Both the position numbers and the translations under genes were made by a program. A stretch of 64,000 nt of DNA from Candidatus Poribacteria bacterium (lineage in GTDB: Bacteria > Poribacteria > WGA-4E > PCPOR2b), in NCBI GenBank assembly GCA_965218095.1, contig OZ244587.1, positions 3,808,001 through 3,872,000 of the forward strand, in the 5' to 3' direction. Below, piece by piece: positions 1 to 9,444 of the stretch (the first letter of the stretch is position 1; the number at the start of each line of letters is the position of its first letter). Below the pieces are notes generated by a model. It did not search any database. It was not told the origin of the DNA and was given only the letters and a program-made list of their open reading frames with translations.

Positions 1-3000
1 TTGTCCCGCGAACGACAAAACCATCCGGATGTCCGTCGAGTTTATTTGGATCCTCTTGCTCCGGTGTATCCTCCGACGCCTCATCCGTTCCCTCCTCAAG
101 CCTGGGTGGCGGGAGCTCCCCCTGCCCTTGTAGGGACGGGGGTTGGGGGGTTAGGTCAACGTCAGGGTATTCATTCCGCTTCAGATCTTGTAGTTCAATC
201 TCAATCAGTTTCCAGCCATCAAAGTCGACCACGTGTGTGTATTCGTAAAAATCCCTCAGATTCTCAAAAATGTTGATTTCCTCCTCCTGCTCCCGTGGAT
301 CATCAAAAGGACCGGCAGAACGGAAGGCAGATCTAAATCCGGTGCGGATGCTCGGCGCCAGGCGTAACACAAATGTCGTCTGGCTTCTATCACCGTAAAG
401 CCATAGCCTGAGCTTGTCATATTTTGAAAAGTCTTGCCCCTGGCTTTGCTGAATACCCCGCAGACGTCGCGAGGTCACGCCGAAGGATTCCGGCAAGAGA
501 ACATAGTTTAAGGTCAGTGTCTGCTCATGCTGCTGCCGTTGTTGAAAGCCGAAAGCCGCTTCCGTAAAAGGGTGCAGTTTTCTGAAGGCATCGTCATTCT
601 TAATCTTGTCATAAGCAATCTGATAGTCATCGAAGTTGAAGTTGTCTTTTGTACCAACGGTAAACGTCTCAGTTGTATCGGTGGTAACGGCGTTATTCTT
701 CGTCACCACGCCGCGCTCCCACTGATTGCCGACAATTTCTATTGATGCCCACTCAAATATACCCCTCACAACCCCCGGCCTGTTTTTCCGCACCCAGAAG
801 CGAAGATGCTGCACAAACCCAAGGTTTGGCAGGCGGTTCCCCTGAGGCGTGGCTGCACTGAGTGGAATGCTCAGAAACGTCCAACCGTTTGGGTTACGGC
901 GCTTCAGCCACTCTTCAGGAATATCGTTGAGAGGAATCTCGATTTCAAGGTAGGCGTCGATAGTGTCCAGGACGCCATCCCCGTTAAGATCTTCTGTATC
1001 CAAAACCGTATTGTCTGGACCAACTCTCGTCGGTTGAAACCCGGCACTATATTCCCAGCCCTCATCCTCGCCGGTGTCCAGCGATCCATTTGCGCTGAAT
1101 CTCCGGGCGGAGGGCAAGTTTTCCAAATCAAGGTCCAACGTATCGATTTTTCCATCCCTGTTGATGTCTTCCAGATCCGCCGGAAGGTCTTCGGTATCAA
1201 GCCGGTCATCGAAGTCGCTGTCCTCGCTCACAACGCCGAGATCGATATACAACGTCACATCCGGATCGTCGCGCACACGGAGCCAGATTTCAAGGAATTC
1301 TCGATCCGAAAAATCTGTTCCTGATGCCGAGAGGCCATACGAAAAGCCTCCCCACTCCTCAATGACATCTGTCAGATCATAACCGACTTCCATGACGAGG
1401 CGTTCCTCTGTTGATGTCGCTAGCGGATTAATCAATGACGCGGGGACCTTACGGTTACGCATGTAGTTGCCGACAGCCTGGGAATCGTTCCGGTCTTTCG
1501 TCAGGACGTGAAAGAGCACCCGGTTGTCCAGCATTATTCCTTCCGCAACAGGCGGACTGCTCACTCGCCAATCGTGTTTGAACGTGAGTGTGGTTGACGC
1601 TTCCCGCGCCCCTTCCATGTTATCGATCAGGGCAACACCAACGCTATTTGGGTTGTTGTGGGAAAACCCCGTCTCCCCGCTGAAGTCGATCGACAGAGGA
1701 AAATTACGCATCGAGATAAACGGCAACGGATTCAACAGCCACGCCAGGTTGAAATTCTTCCCAAAGCTGGTGTTGATGTTGAACGCCTGCAATCGACTTG
1801 GCGAGCCGGTTACATCGGGGATGCGAGCCGGTTTTTGGCCAGTGTTCAGAATGTAGCCTGTTGAGAGGCTAAACCCTTTTTGGAAAACAGGATTGAAATA
1901 ACTGCTCGTACCGGTACGCAGCCCACGTCTTGATCGACCGCCCAAACTTGAGTATCCGCCAAAACCACCGTAACTACTGCCACCATATTGACTGCCGCCG
2001 AATCCTCCCTCAAATCTACCGGAGGAACTTCGTCCGAAGGAGGCGCGGACACCGGACTCATCGTCGGTCTCGCGACGGGTGCGTTTGCCACTGAGCCGCT
2101 CAAACCGATCCAACTTTTTTTGCTGCTTCTCCGTTTTCGGTTTGGGAACGTAGGAATACTCCATCCATAATCCGGCGACGGTTTGCTGCAATGACCCGCC
2201 AAACGGCGTGCGTTCAAATTCAACTTCAATCTCATCGAACTCATCAAGTTTGGTAAAGAAGCGGATGCTCCCCACCTCATAGATCATCGTGTAATCAACA
2301 TCGCGTTGTAGCGGGCGTCTGTTGCGTCGCACCTTCTCGCTGCCCGGGATGACGAAGAGCCCAACATTATAGGTCTCCGATTGGAAAGAGTAATCCGCGA
2401 TAATGGTGTAGGCCGCATCCGTCGTCCGCGGATTTTCGAGGTAGATTGCTTCGTTACTCAACTGATCACGGAATTGGAAGTAAGGGCTGTTGGGGTCATC
2501 AATGACAAACGGACGCAAATCGGGAAACGTCAGGAGTCCGCGGTCAAAATTGATAACCTCCGGATCGACGATGCCATCTCCATTTTGATCGAGCCCAAAG
2601 ATCTGGAGATACGGTATTTTTTCGGTCCCCGTATCAAACGATTCGCCGCCCCCCTGACGCACAATGACGATCTGATAATCCCGTGGGCTAATATTCCGGT
2701 TGCCGAGGCTATACACGCGCCGCGCTTCCGTCCCCCGCAGGCTTTTCTTTTTGATGGTGACATAGCCAATCTCCTCACCCTCCTCATCAATGGCACCGTC
2801 GCCGTTTTCGTCCTCAAAGACGTTCCCTGGAATCCCAACCACGCCGCCGCCATCACCAAGATATTCATAAGCGACAACGATCTCGTAGCTGGCGGAAATC
2901 GGCGTTAAGAATTCGATTTCACCGGTTTCGTAATTGATATTATAATCCTGACCCGCTTGCTGGATATTGAAGTATCCACGCACCGTCCGCACTCCGCCCT

Positions 3001-4276
3001 GGTTATTGCTCGCGACGTTATCATCAATATAGATCTCCTCACTGCCCCGCTGAATGCGGAGGTAAGAATCGTGGATGAGCTCATCTTCACCAAGCTGAAT
3101 AAAGTAAAAACGTTCTTTCACATAATTCGCATCCACAATCTGGAGGCCTCGGCCACCAGCGGCGCGCCGCGATTCCCCACGGAAACGACGTACATCAGAG
3201 ATCCCTTTGCTGCGGGAGCCGAAGGCCGTCAACTTCGCCCCGCCAAGTTCAGCGACAGCTTCAAGCCCAAACAGATTACGGTTGACGTTCAAGAAGCGGG
3301 TATTAGGCAGGTTGAGGGTAAGGTCGCCAAAAGAGAGGGTTTTGAGGATGCTACCTTCAGTGCCTTCGTACCAAATCCGGATCTTCTGCTCCTTTGCGCC
3401 GCCGAAGCCACCGCTATAGCTTCCGTAGCCGCCGCTATAACTGCGGCCGAAGGAATCGCTACCGGAGTCGCTATAATCAACTGCAACGTGGGTACGCTCG
3501 CCGACCCGGCCGTGCAAGCCCACCTGGAGGGTCTGCCGAATGTTCAGACCTGAAGCACGGGGCACACCGCCGTAACGAGTGGTTCCGAAACCGCGGCCGT
3601 ACCCTCCGCCAAATCCTCCACCATATCCACCGAAATCACTGAAGTTGTTGTAGGTGTAGGAGGAGGTCAACCCGAGATCGAGTCCAGTGCCGAAACTACG
3701 ACCCGCGAAGCCTCCTCCAAAACGGTTGACGTCGCCTTCGCCAAAATAGTGCGTTTTGTTCAGTTCGATCTTCACCGATTTGTGTCCGGTGATCTGAAGG
3801 TTTGACTGGAGCGGGAGCGCAATACCTTTTTCCTTCTCCTTCAGTTTCCCTTCGTGCAGACTCTCAAGCTCCTTGAAATCGAGCAGACGTGGCGGGTTTT
3901 TCCAACGATGCAGCGCTTCAAAGTAGGGCGTCAACATCTCTAAGCGGAGGTCTTGTTCTTCTGCTTCCGCTTCGGGTGGGCTAGGTTGGACTCTCCACGG
4001 ATCAAGATCTGCCTCGTCGGACGCCGGCGCTCGGTCTATCTCACGGGTTGGAGGTGCCCAAAAATCCTGTGCTTTCGATTCATCGGGAAATTCGGAAGGC
4101 TGGTCGGTTTCCGCCTTATCCCGGTCAGGAGATCGGTGTTTTATGTAATACTCCGTCAACGAAGCGTTTTTGCGAACGGGGTCGGCATTAGCACTGGGGA
4201 GAAGTAAAATGGGAAAAATGATTGCAAAGATAAAAAGGAAAGCGTGTCGAAAAGTCTTTGGGACGATAAAATTCAA
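1..4276 (-). CDS. sprA: SprA/Sov-like type IX secretion outer-membrane translocon, 5' part (continues beyond the window)
   Basis: Translated by hand at both ends. TTG start at 4276 after GGAGA, then a signal-like MNFIVPKTFRHAFLFIFAIIFPILLLPSANA. The same frame reaches position 2, and the ORF track shows no stop-terminated ORF in this frame. The motif QKIRIWYEG...FGDLTLNLPNTRFLNVNRNLFGLEAVAELGGAKLTAFGSRSKG resembles the SprA N-terminal region. Confidence 0.75.
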   Translation of the reverse strand, partial: MNFIVPKTFRHAFLFIFAIIFPILLLPSANADPVRKNASLTEYYIKHRSPDRDKAETDQPSEFPDESKAQDFWAPPTREIDRAPASDEADLDPWRVQPSPPEAEAEEQDLRLEMLTPYFEALHRWKNPPRLLDFKELESLHEGKLKEKEKGIALPLQSNLQITGHKSVKIELNKTHYFGEGDVNRFGGGFAGRSFGTGLDLGLTSSYTYNNFSDFGGYGGGFGGGYGRGFGTTRYGGVPRASGLNIRQTLQVGLHGRVGERTHVAVDYSDSGSDSFGRSYSGGYGSYSGGFGGAKEQKIRIWYEGTEGSILKTLSFGDLTLNLPNTRFLNVNRNLFGLEAVAELGGAKLTAFGSRSKGISDVRRFRGESRRAAGGRGLQIVDANYVKERFYFIQLGEDELIHDSYLRIQRGSEEIYIDDNVASNNQGGVRTVRGYFNIQQAGQDYNINYETGEIEFLTPISASYEIVVAYEYLGDGGGVVGIPGNVFEDENGDGAIDEEGEEIGYVTIKKKSLRGTEARRVYSLGNRNISPRDYQIVIVRQGGGESFDTGTEKIPYLQIFGLDQNGDGIVDPEVINFDRGLLTFPDLRPFVIDDPNSPYFQFRDQLSNEAIYLENPRTTDAAYTIIADYSFQSETYNVGLFVIPGSEKVRRNRRPLQRDVDYTMIYEVGSIRFFTKLDEFDEIEVEFERTPFGGSLQQTVAGLWMEYSYVPKPKTEKQQKKLDRFERLSGKRTRRETDDESGVRASFGRSSSGRFEGGFGGSQYGGSSYGGFGGYSSLGGRSRRGLRTGTSSYFNPVFQKGFSLSTGYILNTGQKPARIPDVTGSPSRLQAFNINTSFGKNFNLAWLLNPLPFISMRNFPLSIDFSGETGFSHNNPNSVGVALIDNMEGAREASTTLTFKHDWRVSSPPVAEGIMLDNRVLFHVLTKDRNDSQAVGNYMRNRKVPASLINPLATSTEERLVMEVGYDLTDVIEEWGGFSYGLSASGTDFSDREFLEIWLRVRDDPDVTLYIDLGVVSEDSDFDDRLDTEDLPADLEDINRDGKIDTLDLDLENLPSARRFSANGSLDTGEDEGWEYSAGFQPTRVGPDNTVLDTEDLNGDGVLDTIDAYLEIEIPLNDIPEEWLKRRNPNGWTFLSIPLSAATPQGNRLPNLGFVQHLRFWVRKNRPGVVRGIFEWASIEIVGNQWERGVVTKNNAVTTDTTETFTVGTKDNFNFDDYQIAYDKIKNDDAFRKLHPFTEAAFGFQQRQQHEQTLTLNYVLLPESFGVTSRRLRGIQQSQGQDFSKYDKLRLWLYGDRSQTTFVLRLAPSIRTGFRSAFRSAGPFDDPREQEEEINIFENLRDFYEYTHVVDFDGWKLIEIELQDLKRNEYPDVDLTPQPPSLQGQGELPPPRLEEGTDEASEDTPEQEDPNKLDGHPDGFVVRGT
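75..157 (-). repeat. REP-like palindromic element translated in frame within the SprA-like gene
   Basis: Minus strand reads GACCTAACCCCCCAACCCCCGTCCCTACAAGGGCAGGGGGAG, encoding DLTPQPPSLQGQGELPPPRL. This resembles the widespread 'PLTPQPPSLxGKGE' REP family. Confidence 0.6.
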
Positions 4277-4350
4277 TACGTATCTCCATCAGGTCAGGAA
4301 TAACGTGAAACCTCTCAAAGGTTCAAAACCTTTGTCTGGCTCATCAAGGT

Positions 4351-4788
4351 TTGGAGATAAACGCGAATGGGGAGGGGCTAGTTTACGTGATTGTTTGGGC
4401 TTATGGCTTACTCATGGAATGGAAGGAAGCGATTTCTCAGGCTTTGGGTGAAATTGGTCGTCCCGCTCAGAAAATCGTACCTGTGTTGATACAGGCGTTA
4501 ACGGATGAGAATTACACGGTTCGCCAACCGGCAGCTGGAGGATTGGGGCGGATAGGTGAAGCTGCTCAGGAAGCAGCGCTTGCGTTAATCGAGGCATTAA
4601 CGGATGGACATTACTTCGTCTGTTCGTTGGCAGCCTGGGCATGGGGGGAGATTGGCGAATTGTGCTTCGATATTTTGACCTTGACAGGGGGTTATTGTTA
4701 TTATACCATTCTCCGGGCATATTCTTGTTTCAACTTCAAGTTAGTCAGCTTCAGGAGGCTGTGTAAAAATGAAAAAATGGAAAAATAA
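4351..4788 (+). pseudogene. HEAT/PBS-lyase repeat protein fragment
   Basis: Two to three repeats (VPVLIQALTDENYTVRQPAAGGLGRIG; ALIEALTDGHYFVCSLAAWAWGEIG) with no credible start or C-terminus. Confidence 0.6.
4681..4709 (+). promoter_or_regulatory. Putative sigma70 promoter for the TPR gene
   Basis: TTGACA-N17-TACCAT upstream of 4769. Confidence 0.4.
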
Positions 4789-7111
4789 CAGAATAGGAAA
4801 AGACATCGACAGTTTGGAAAAGTCAGCAGCGGCAGAGGGGACACTTAATCGTCTTGTCTTCATAGCCGCCAGCCTTCCAACCTTGCTTTTATCCCTTACT
4901 TTCATCCCCCTCATTTCCCTGACCACTTTCGCCCAGGATCCGCGCATCCAAGAAGATCAAATCGCTATTCAAAACGCCCATGATCTCTTCTACTCCCAAA
5001 AATATTCAGAGGCGGTTGCAGCTTACCAGGCGTTATTGAAAACCCCGTTGCGCCAAAACTCAAAGGATTCGATTCGTATGAATCTAGGACGATCGTATGC
5101 AAAGCTCGGCGATGATGCGCTCGCACTCCAAAGTTTCCAGGCGGTTATCGCCGACGATCCGGACGGTTCGTATGCCAGTCAAGCGGTGAACCAGATTGGA
5201 ACGCTTTTTCGTCAGCGGTATCAGTACAAGAAAGCCATTCTCGCGTGCCGACAACTCGCTAACAAGTATCCAAATACGCGGACGGCAGCAATTGCACGTT
5301 ACTTAATCGCTCAATACATCTCTGCGGATGGCAGATATGACGAAGCGATTGAAAGCTACCGCAGTTTTCTAAAAGATTTTCCGACCTCCCCTTACCGCAT
5401 CAGTGTCTTCAATAACCTTATTCATCTATACCGCATCCGCCACAGGTATGCCGATGCGGAGAAATTACTCCGGGATGGCCTCCGGCAAAACCCAAACGAT
5501 GTGAACCTGATGGAGCAACTAGCAAGTCTCTACAAAGAGCAAGGAAAATACGATGAGGCGTTAGATCTCTACCGCGCTGCCCTTAATCAAAACCCGAAGA
5601 ACACAAATATTCTCAAGAAGCTCGGCGAGCTATACGCAGAGCACGGTCAGCATGATCTCGCAGTTGACCAGTGGGTGAAGATTGTCCAAAGCGATCCGAA
5701 CCAATCCTACCGATACCAGCAATTGGGGTCGATTTACACGTCCCACCAGATGTATGAAAAAGCCATCGAAGCTTATGAAACAGCCCTCCGCCTCAATCCC
5801 AAAATCCCTCACCTTTACACCCAACTTGCGGACATCTACAAGATTCAAGGGCAAGTCAATATGGCGGTCAACACCTATCTGCGGGCGTTGAACGCAGTGG
5901 ACATTGGCTATAGTGGACGTGATACCCTCATCGAAAGCATGGCGGAGATCTATGAGGGAGAACAGCGGCAGCGTTTGTTGGGACAGGTAATAGATCAGCT
6001 TCAAGCGAATCTGAAAGCCCATCCACAGAATCCAGGTCTAGTGCTATCCCTGGCAGAGGTCTTTTTCCATCTGGGGAATTTAGATCTGGCGCTCGAAAAT
6101 TTTAAGCGACTGCGCCAGCTTTACCCTATCGATCGCGGGCGCATTCTGGAGAAGTATGCGCAAATTCTGGAGCGGAACAAGAATCCCAAAGCGGCTGATT
6201 TTTACCGGGCGATTGCTGCACTTTTCCCAAATACCCATTTAGCCTGGAGTGCACAGATGAAGCTGGTACGGTTCTATGAGCGGATGGAGCGGTGGGGTGA
6301 CGCGCTGGTCGTTTTGACGAACATGACGCAGCAACGCGGCAATCCTCCGACGCAACTGCTCCTAGGGCATGTGTGGTTACACGGCATACGCGATGTTGAG
6401 ACAGCGCTGCAAACCTATCAAAGGTTAGCCAGCCAGCCATTGACGACAAACCAAAAAATGCAAGCTCAACTGGGAGTGGCGGCGTGTTACATCTTGCAGG
6501 GAAAGTCCGTCGCAGCCGAGAACGTCCTTCAACCGATTACTGATAGGCGTAGCAACTTCCAGGCGGAAGCGCGAAAGTTAATCGGCGATGCGCAGCTTCT
6601 TCGCGGAGACCTAGAAGGTGCGGTCACAACATATAAGAGCGTGCTTGATATCGCTATGTCCGATCCGTTGAGCAACGACGCCCTGGATCGCGTCGTTCTG
6701 ATTCAATCCAACCCGGACTACAGCAGCAAACCCCTCAAGCGTTACCTCGAAGCGCTGCGAAGCGATCTGAGCGGACAAACGGAGGCAGCGTTAAAATTGT
6801 GCAAGGAAACGATAGTGGAATATCCGACCGCACTTATCGTTGATGAGCTCTGGATGTTAATCGCCGAAATTCATCAGAGGCAGGGGCGATATACTGACGC
6901 AATCGCGGCATATCAAGGCATACTCGCTTTGGAGGAGAGTCCAATCGCAGCAGAAGCAAAAGCAAAAATTGCTGACATCTACCGTTGGTGCCTCGGAGAG
7001 CTCACCAAAGCACAGAAGACCTATTCTGCGCTGATTAACGATTATCCGGAGAGCGTGATCGTCGCCTATGCCCGTCAGCAGCTTGATGAGCTTGCGAAGT
7101 CGCAACGTTAA
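4769..7111 (+). CDS. Exported tetratricopeptide-repeat protein (BamD/YfiO-like repeats)
   Basis: 780 aa. Hydrophobic signal or TM segment ending AFAQ, followed by continuous TPRs (e.g. YDEAIESYRSFLKDFPTS). Confidence 0.85.
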   Translation: MKKWKNNRIGKDIDSLEKSAAAEGTLNRLVFIAASLPTLLLSLTFIPLISLTTFAQDPRIQEDQIAIQNAHDLFYSQKYSEAVAAYQALLKTPLRQNSKDSIRMNLGRSYAKLGDDALALQSFQAVIADDPDGSYASQAVNQIGTLFRQRYQYKKAILACRQLANKYPNTRTAAIARYLIAQYISADGRYDEAIESYRSFLKDFPTSPYRISVFNNLIHLYRIRHRYADAEKLLRDGLRQNPNDVNLMEQLASLYKEQGKYDEALDLYRAALNQNPKNTNILKKLGELYAEHGQHDLAVDQWVKIVQSDPNQSYRYQQLGSIYTSHQMYEKAIEAYETALRLNPKIPHLYTQLADIYKIQGQVNMAVNTYLRALNAVDIGYSGRDTLIESMAEIYEGEQRQRLLGQVIDQLQANLKAHPQNPGLVLSLAEVFFHLGNLDLALENFKRLRQLYPIDRGRILEKYAQILERNKNPKAADFYRAIAALFPNTHLAWSAQMKLVRFYERMERWGDALVVLTNMTQQRGNPPTQLLLGHVWLHGIRDVETALQTYQRLASQPLTTNQKMQAQLGVAACYILQGKSVAAENVLQPITDRRSNFQAEARKLIGDAQLLRGDLEGAVTTYKSVLDIAMSDPLSNDALDRVVLIQSNPDYSSKPLKRYLEALRSDLSGQTEAALKLCKETIVEYPTALIVDELWMLIAEIHQRQGRYTDAIAAYQGILALEESPIAAEAKAKIADIYRWCLGELTKAQKTYSALINDYPESVIVAYARQQLDELAKSQR

Positions 7112-7656
7112 GGGACATAGATCTTTAGACGATTAGCTAAATGGTGCCACCAGAGCTCATCAGCTTCGACGCGCAAAATGTGCGTGGCGCCAGGTACATC
7201 GTTTGCCCCCAACCCCTTTTCAAAGACGGAAGTGTGGCGATCATCCTCCAAAAACCTGCCGAGTTCAATGATACTGGCAATCAAGTGAGTGATACACATC
7301 GCCAGGAAGTAGCTTCCTAACTCTTCATCGCTAAAATACCGCGGCATGTGGAGGATTATCAGACCAAGCGAGAGCGCACGACCGATAAGATGGGCAACAA
7401 AAAGTGCGGCAGGCGTATTTTCAAAGACACGGTTCATAGGAAGGCTATGAGACGGTGACAAAATATCGGAAAGCTTAAGCGGTTTCCCGTCCGTTGGTTC
7501 GAAAGCGACAAATTCGCCGGGGGCAACATCTCTAATCTCTAACGCCCATGAGAAGGCGGTTACAGTGAAAAAGAGTAGTAGGGAAAACTCCAGAAACGGC
7601 GTGAGAGCATATTTCCCTCCTATCATAAGCAAGAGCTTTCTCAAAAAACGGATCAA
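7108..7656 (-). pseudogene. Chimeric remnant including a polysaccharide-flippase-like N-terminal fragment
   Basis: The segment MNRVFENT...RYFSDEELGSYFLAMCITHLIASIIELG looks flippase-like and is joined to unrelated pieces. Confidence 0.35.
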
Positions 7657-7772
7657 TCAACAAAAGATTCATGACTTCAACGGGAGCCAGAATTGCAATA
7701 TCGGGTTCCGAGAAAAATAGGGGTGGTAATGTCAACACCATGCAGATGGAGCTATGCAACGTGCAATGCGTT

Positions 7773-8465
7773 TTACGTGACTCCCTTCCGGACATAATTG
7801 GGCGTCAGTGAGAAATAATCGTCGGATTGTCCGTTGAGCAATCGTTCGCAGCCGATCTGAGCGATATTGGCACCGCGTGGGACGTTGAAAATCGCCTCGG
7901 CAAGCACTGCGTCTTCGCCGAATCGTTCTTGAACGGCAGAGGCGTATCTCTGCAAGCCATCTCCGACAAAGACCGCTGGTTCGTCAATATGATCGAAAAA
8001 TGCCTCGATTGGGACACAAAGTTCATCAGACTTCTGCACGAAATTCTTCCCCCCGCGAAATACCGCTCCGTACACTTCGTTTTTTCGTGCATCGAGGATC
8101 GGGCAGATTAACCCATTCGTGCAGCGCAGGTTATACGCAATTGCCGCTAGTGTTGAGACGCCGATGATCGGTTTCTTAAGAGCATAGCAGAGTGATTTGA
8201 TCGTGCCCACGCCAATCCGGACGCCCGTAAATGACCCTGGACCTATCCCAACAGCACATGCATCGAGGTCATGCACAGTCAGATCCGCCCATTTTAAGAT
8301 CTGGTCTATCGTGGGCATCAACCTAGACGAATGAGTTTTCACAATATTGAGTGTATGTTCAGCAACGAAATGTTCTCCATCAATCAAACCGACGCTGCCG
8401 ATGGGAGTTGATGTATCAATGCCAAGAATTTTCACGCCCGGAGAGCGATTAAAATTCATCGTCAA
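7773..8465 (-). CDS. tsaB: tRNA threonylcarbamoyladenosine biosynthesis protein TsaB
   Basis: Motifs KILGIDTST, HSSRLMPTID, GIGPGSFTGVRIG, DARKNEVY, LTPNYVR. Confidence 0.95.
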   Translation of the reverse strand: MTMNFNRSPGVKILGIDTSTPIGSVGLIDGEHFVAEHTLNIVKTHSSRLMPTIDQILKWADLTVHDLDACAVGIGPGSFTGVRIGVGTIKSLCYALKKPIIGVSTLAAIAYNLRCTNGLICPILDARKNEVYGAVFRGGKNFVQKSDELCVPIEAFFDHIDEPAVFVGDGLQRYASAVQERFGEDAVLAEAIFNVPRGANIAQIGCERLLNGQSDDYFSLTPNYVRKGVT

Positions 8466-9444
8466 ACTCTACCAAAAACTCGGAACTGTATGGGCCGCTA
8501 CGTTCTTCCTGAAGAACCACATCGGGTGTTACAGATTGTTGAACATCATCGGTGAATATAACTGGGAAGATTTTATCAAGCACCTTTTGCATATCACCTG
8601 TAAACGGTGTGTGCGGAATTGATAGGACAGACAATACTTGTTCAAACCGCTTGTAGCCCTGTTCATCACGCAGTTCAACCCAAAGAATACCAAGTGAATC
8701 CAGTTGCTTCTTATTTGACTCCGAAAGCTTATCAGCTACGAAAACGCGACTATTCCGAGCGACCACAGCATCTGCACTTTCAGGATTTCCCTTGCCCATG
8801 AGTTTAACCTCACAACAATGTCTGGCACCGCTGTCACCCAGAAGATAAAAATCCACCTCGCGGACTGAGGCCGGAAGACTGCTCTGATTAAAATATTTCG
8901 TTGGCACCCGAAAGAGCGCACAAAGTGTTGTCATCAACGGTTTTTCGACCTGCTTACCCGCCGTGCTCCACAAGCCTCCATGAAGCGCGGCGCGTTTGAC
9001 AGCAATCGTGTTTATGACAATCAAACTTTCATTCACATTGAGATCAACACTCACATTGCGAAACTTGATTGTGAGACAAATATCAACATCACCTTCTGCT
9101 GTTAAACTTGCAATTGCATTGTAAAGTGCCTCGTAATGCTCAATAGACGCTTCCAACACAATTTCGCGTCTCCCCGAATTATACATATTTGAGATAGTTT
9201 TCATGTTCAAGCCTGAATGGATGGCGATTTCCTCTTTAGGGAGACCAGAATCCAATAACTCTTTTTTGTACCAATCAATTGTGACAGATTGATTCTCCAG
9301 TTTTGCATAAGCAACCCGTTTGAAGAAGTCTACGACATATTGCAAGAACTCAGCATCAATCAACGCGATGATTGATGCGCGATAATCTTGGCCTGCAAGC
9401 AGTTTGCGTATAATGTTCTTGATCACAATACCGGTGATAGTCAC
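8449..9444 (-). CDS. Type II restriction endonuclease, CfrBI family
   Basis: GGLWSTAGKQVEKPLM and REVDFYL...CEVKLMGKGNPESAD (D...EVK nuclease motif). Overlaps the stop of the upstream methyltransferase. Confidence 0.8.
   Translation of the reverse strand: MTITGIVIKNIIRKLLAGQDYRASIIALIDAEFLQYVVDFFKRVAYAKLENQSVTIDWYKKELLDSGLPKEEIAIHSGLNMKTISNMYNSGRREIVLEASIEHYEALYNAIASLTAEGDVDICLTIKFRNVSVDLNVNESLIVINTIAVKRAALHGGLWSTAGKQVEKPLMTTLCALFRVPTKYFNQSSLPASVREVDFYLLGDSGARHCCEVKLMGKGNPESADAVVARNSRVFVADKLSESNKKQLDSLGILWVELRDEQGYKRFEQVLSVLSIPHTPFTGDMQKVLDKIFPVIFTDDVQQSVTPDVVLQEERSGPYSSEFLVEFDDEF

Noticed and set aside
527-4207. Many plus-strand and short minus-strand ORFs in the ORF track
   Set aside because: They are shadow or alternate frames of the single SprA-like minus-strand gene.
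8449-9444. Avoidance of CCWWGG sites as support for the CfrBI-like specificity
   Set aside because: Such sites are present (e.g. CCAAGG near 14694, CCATGG near 24644), and depletion cannot be judged without counting.
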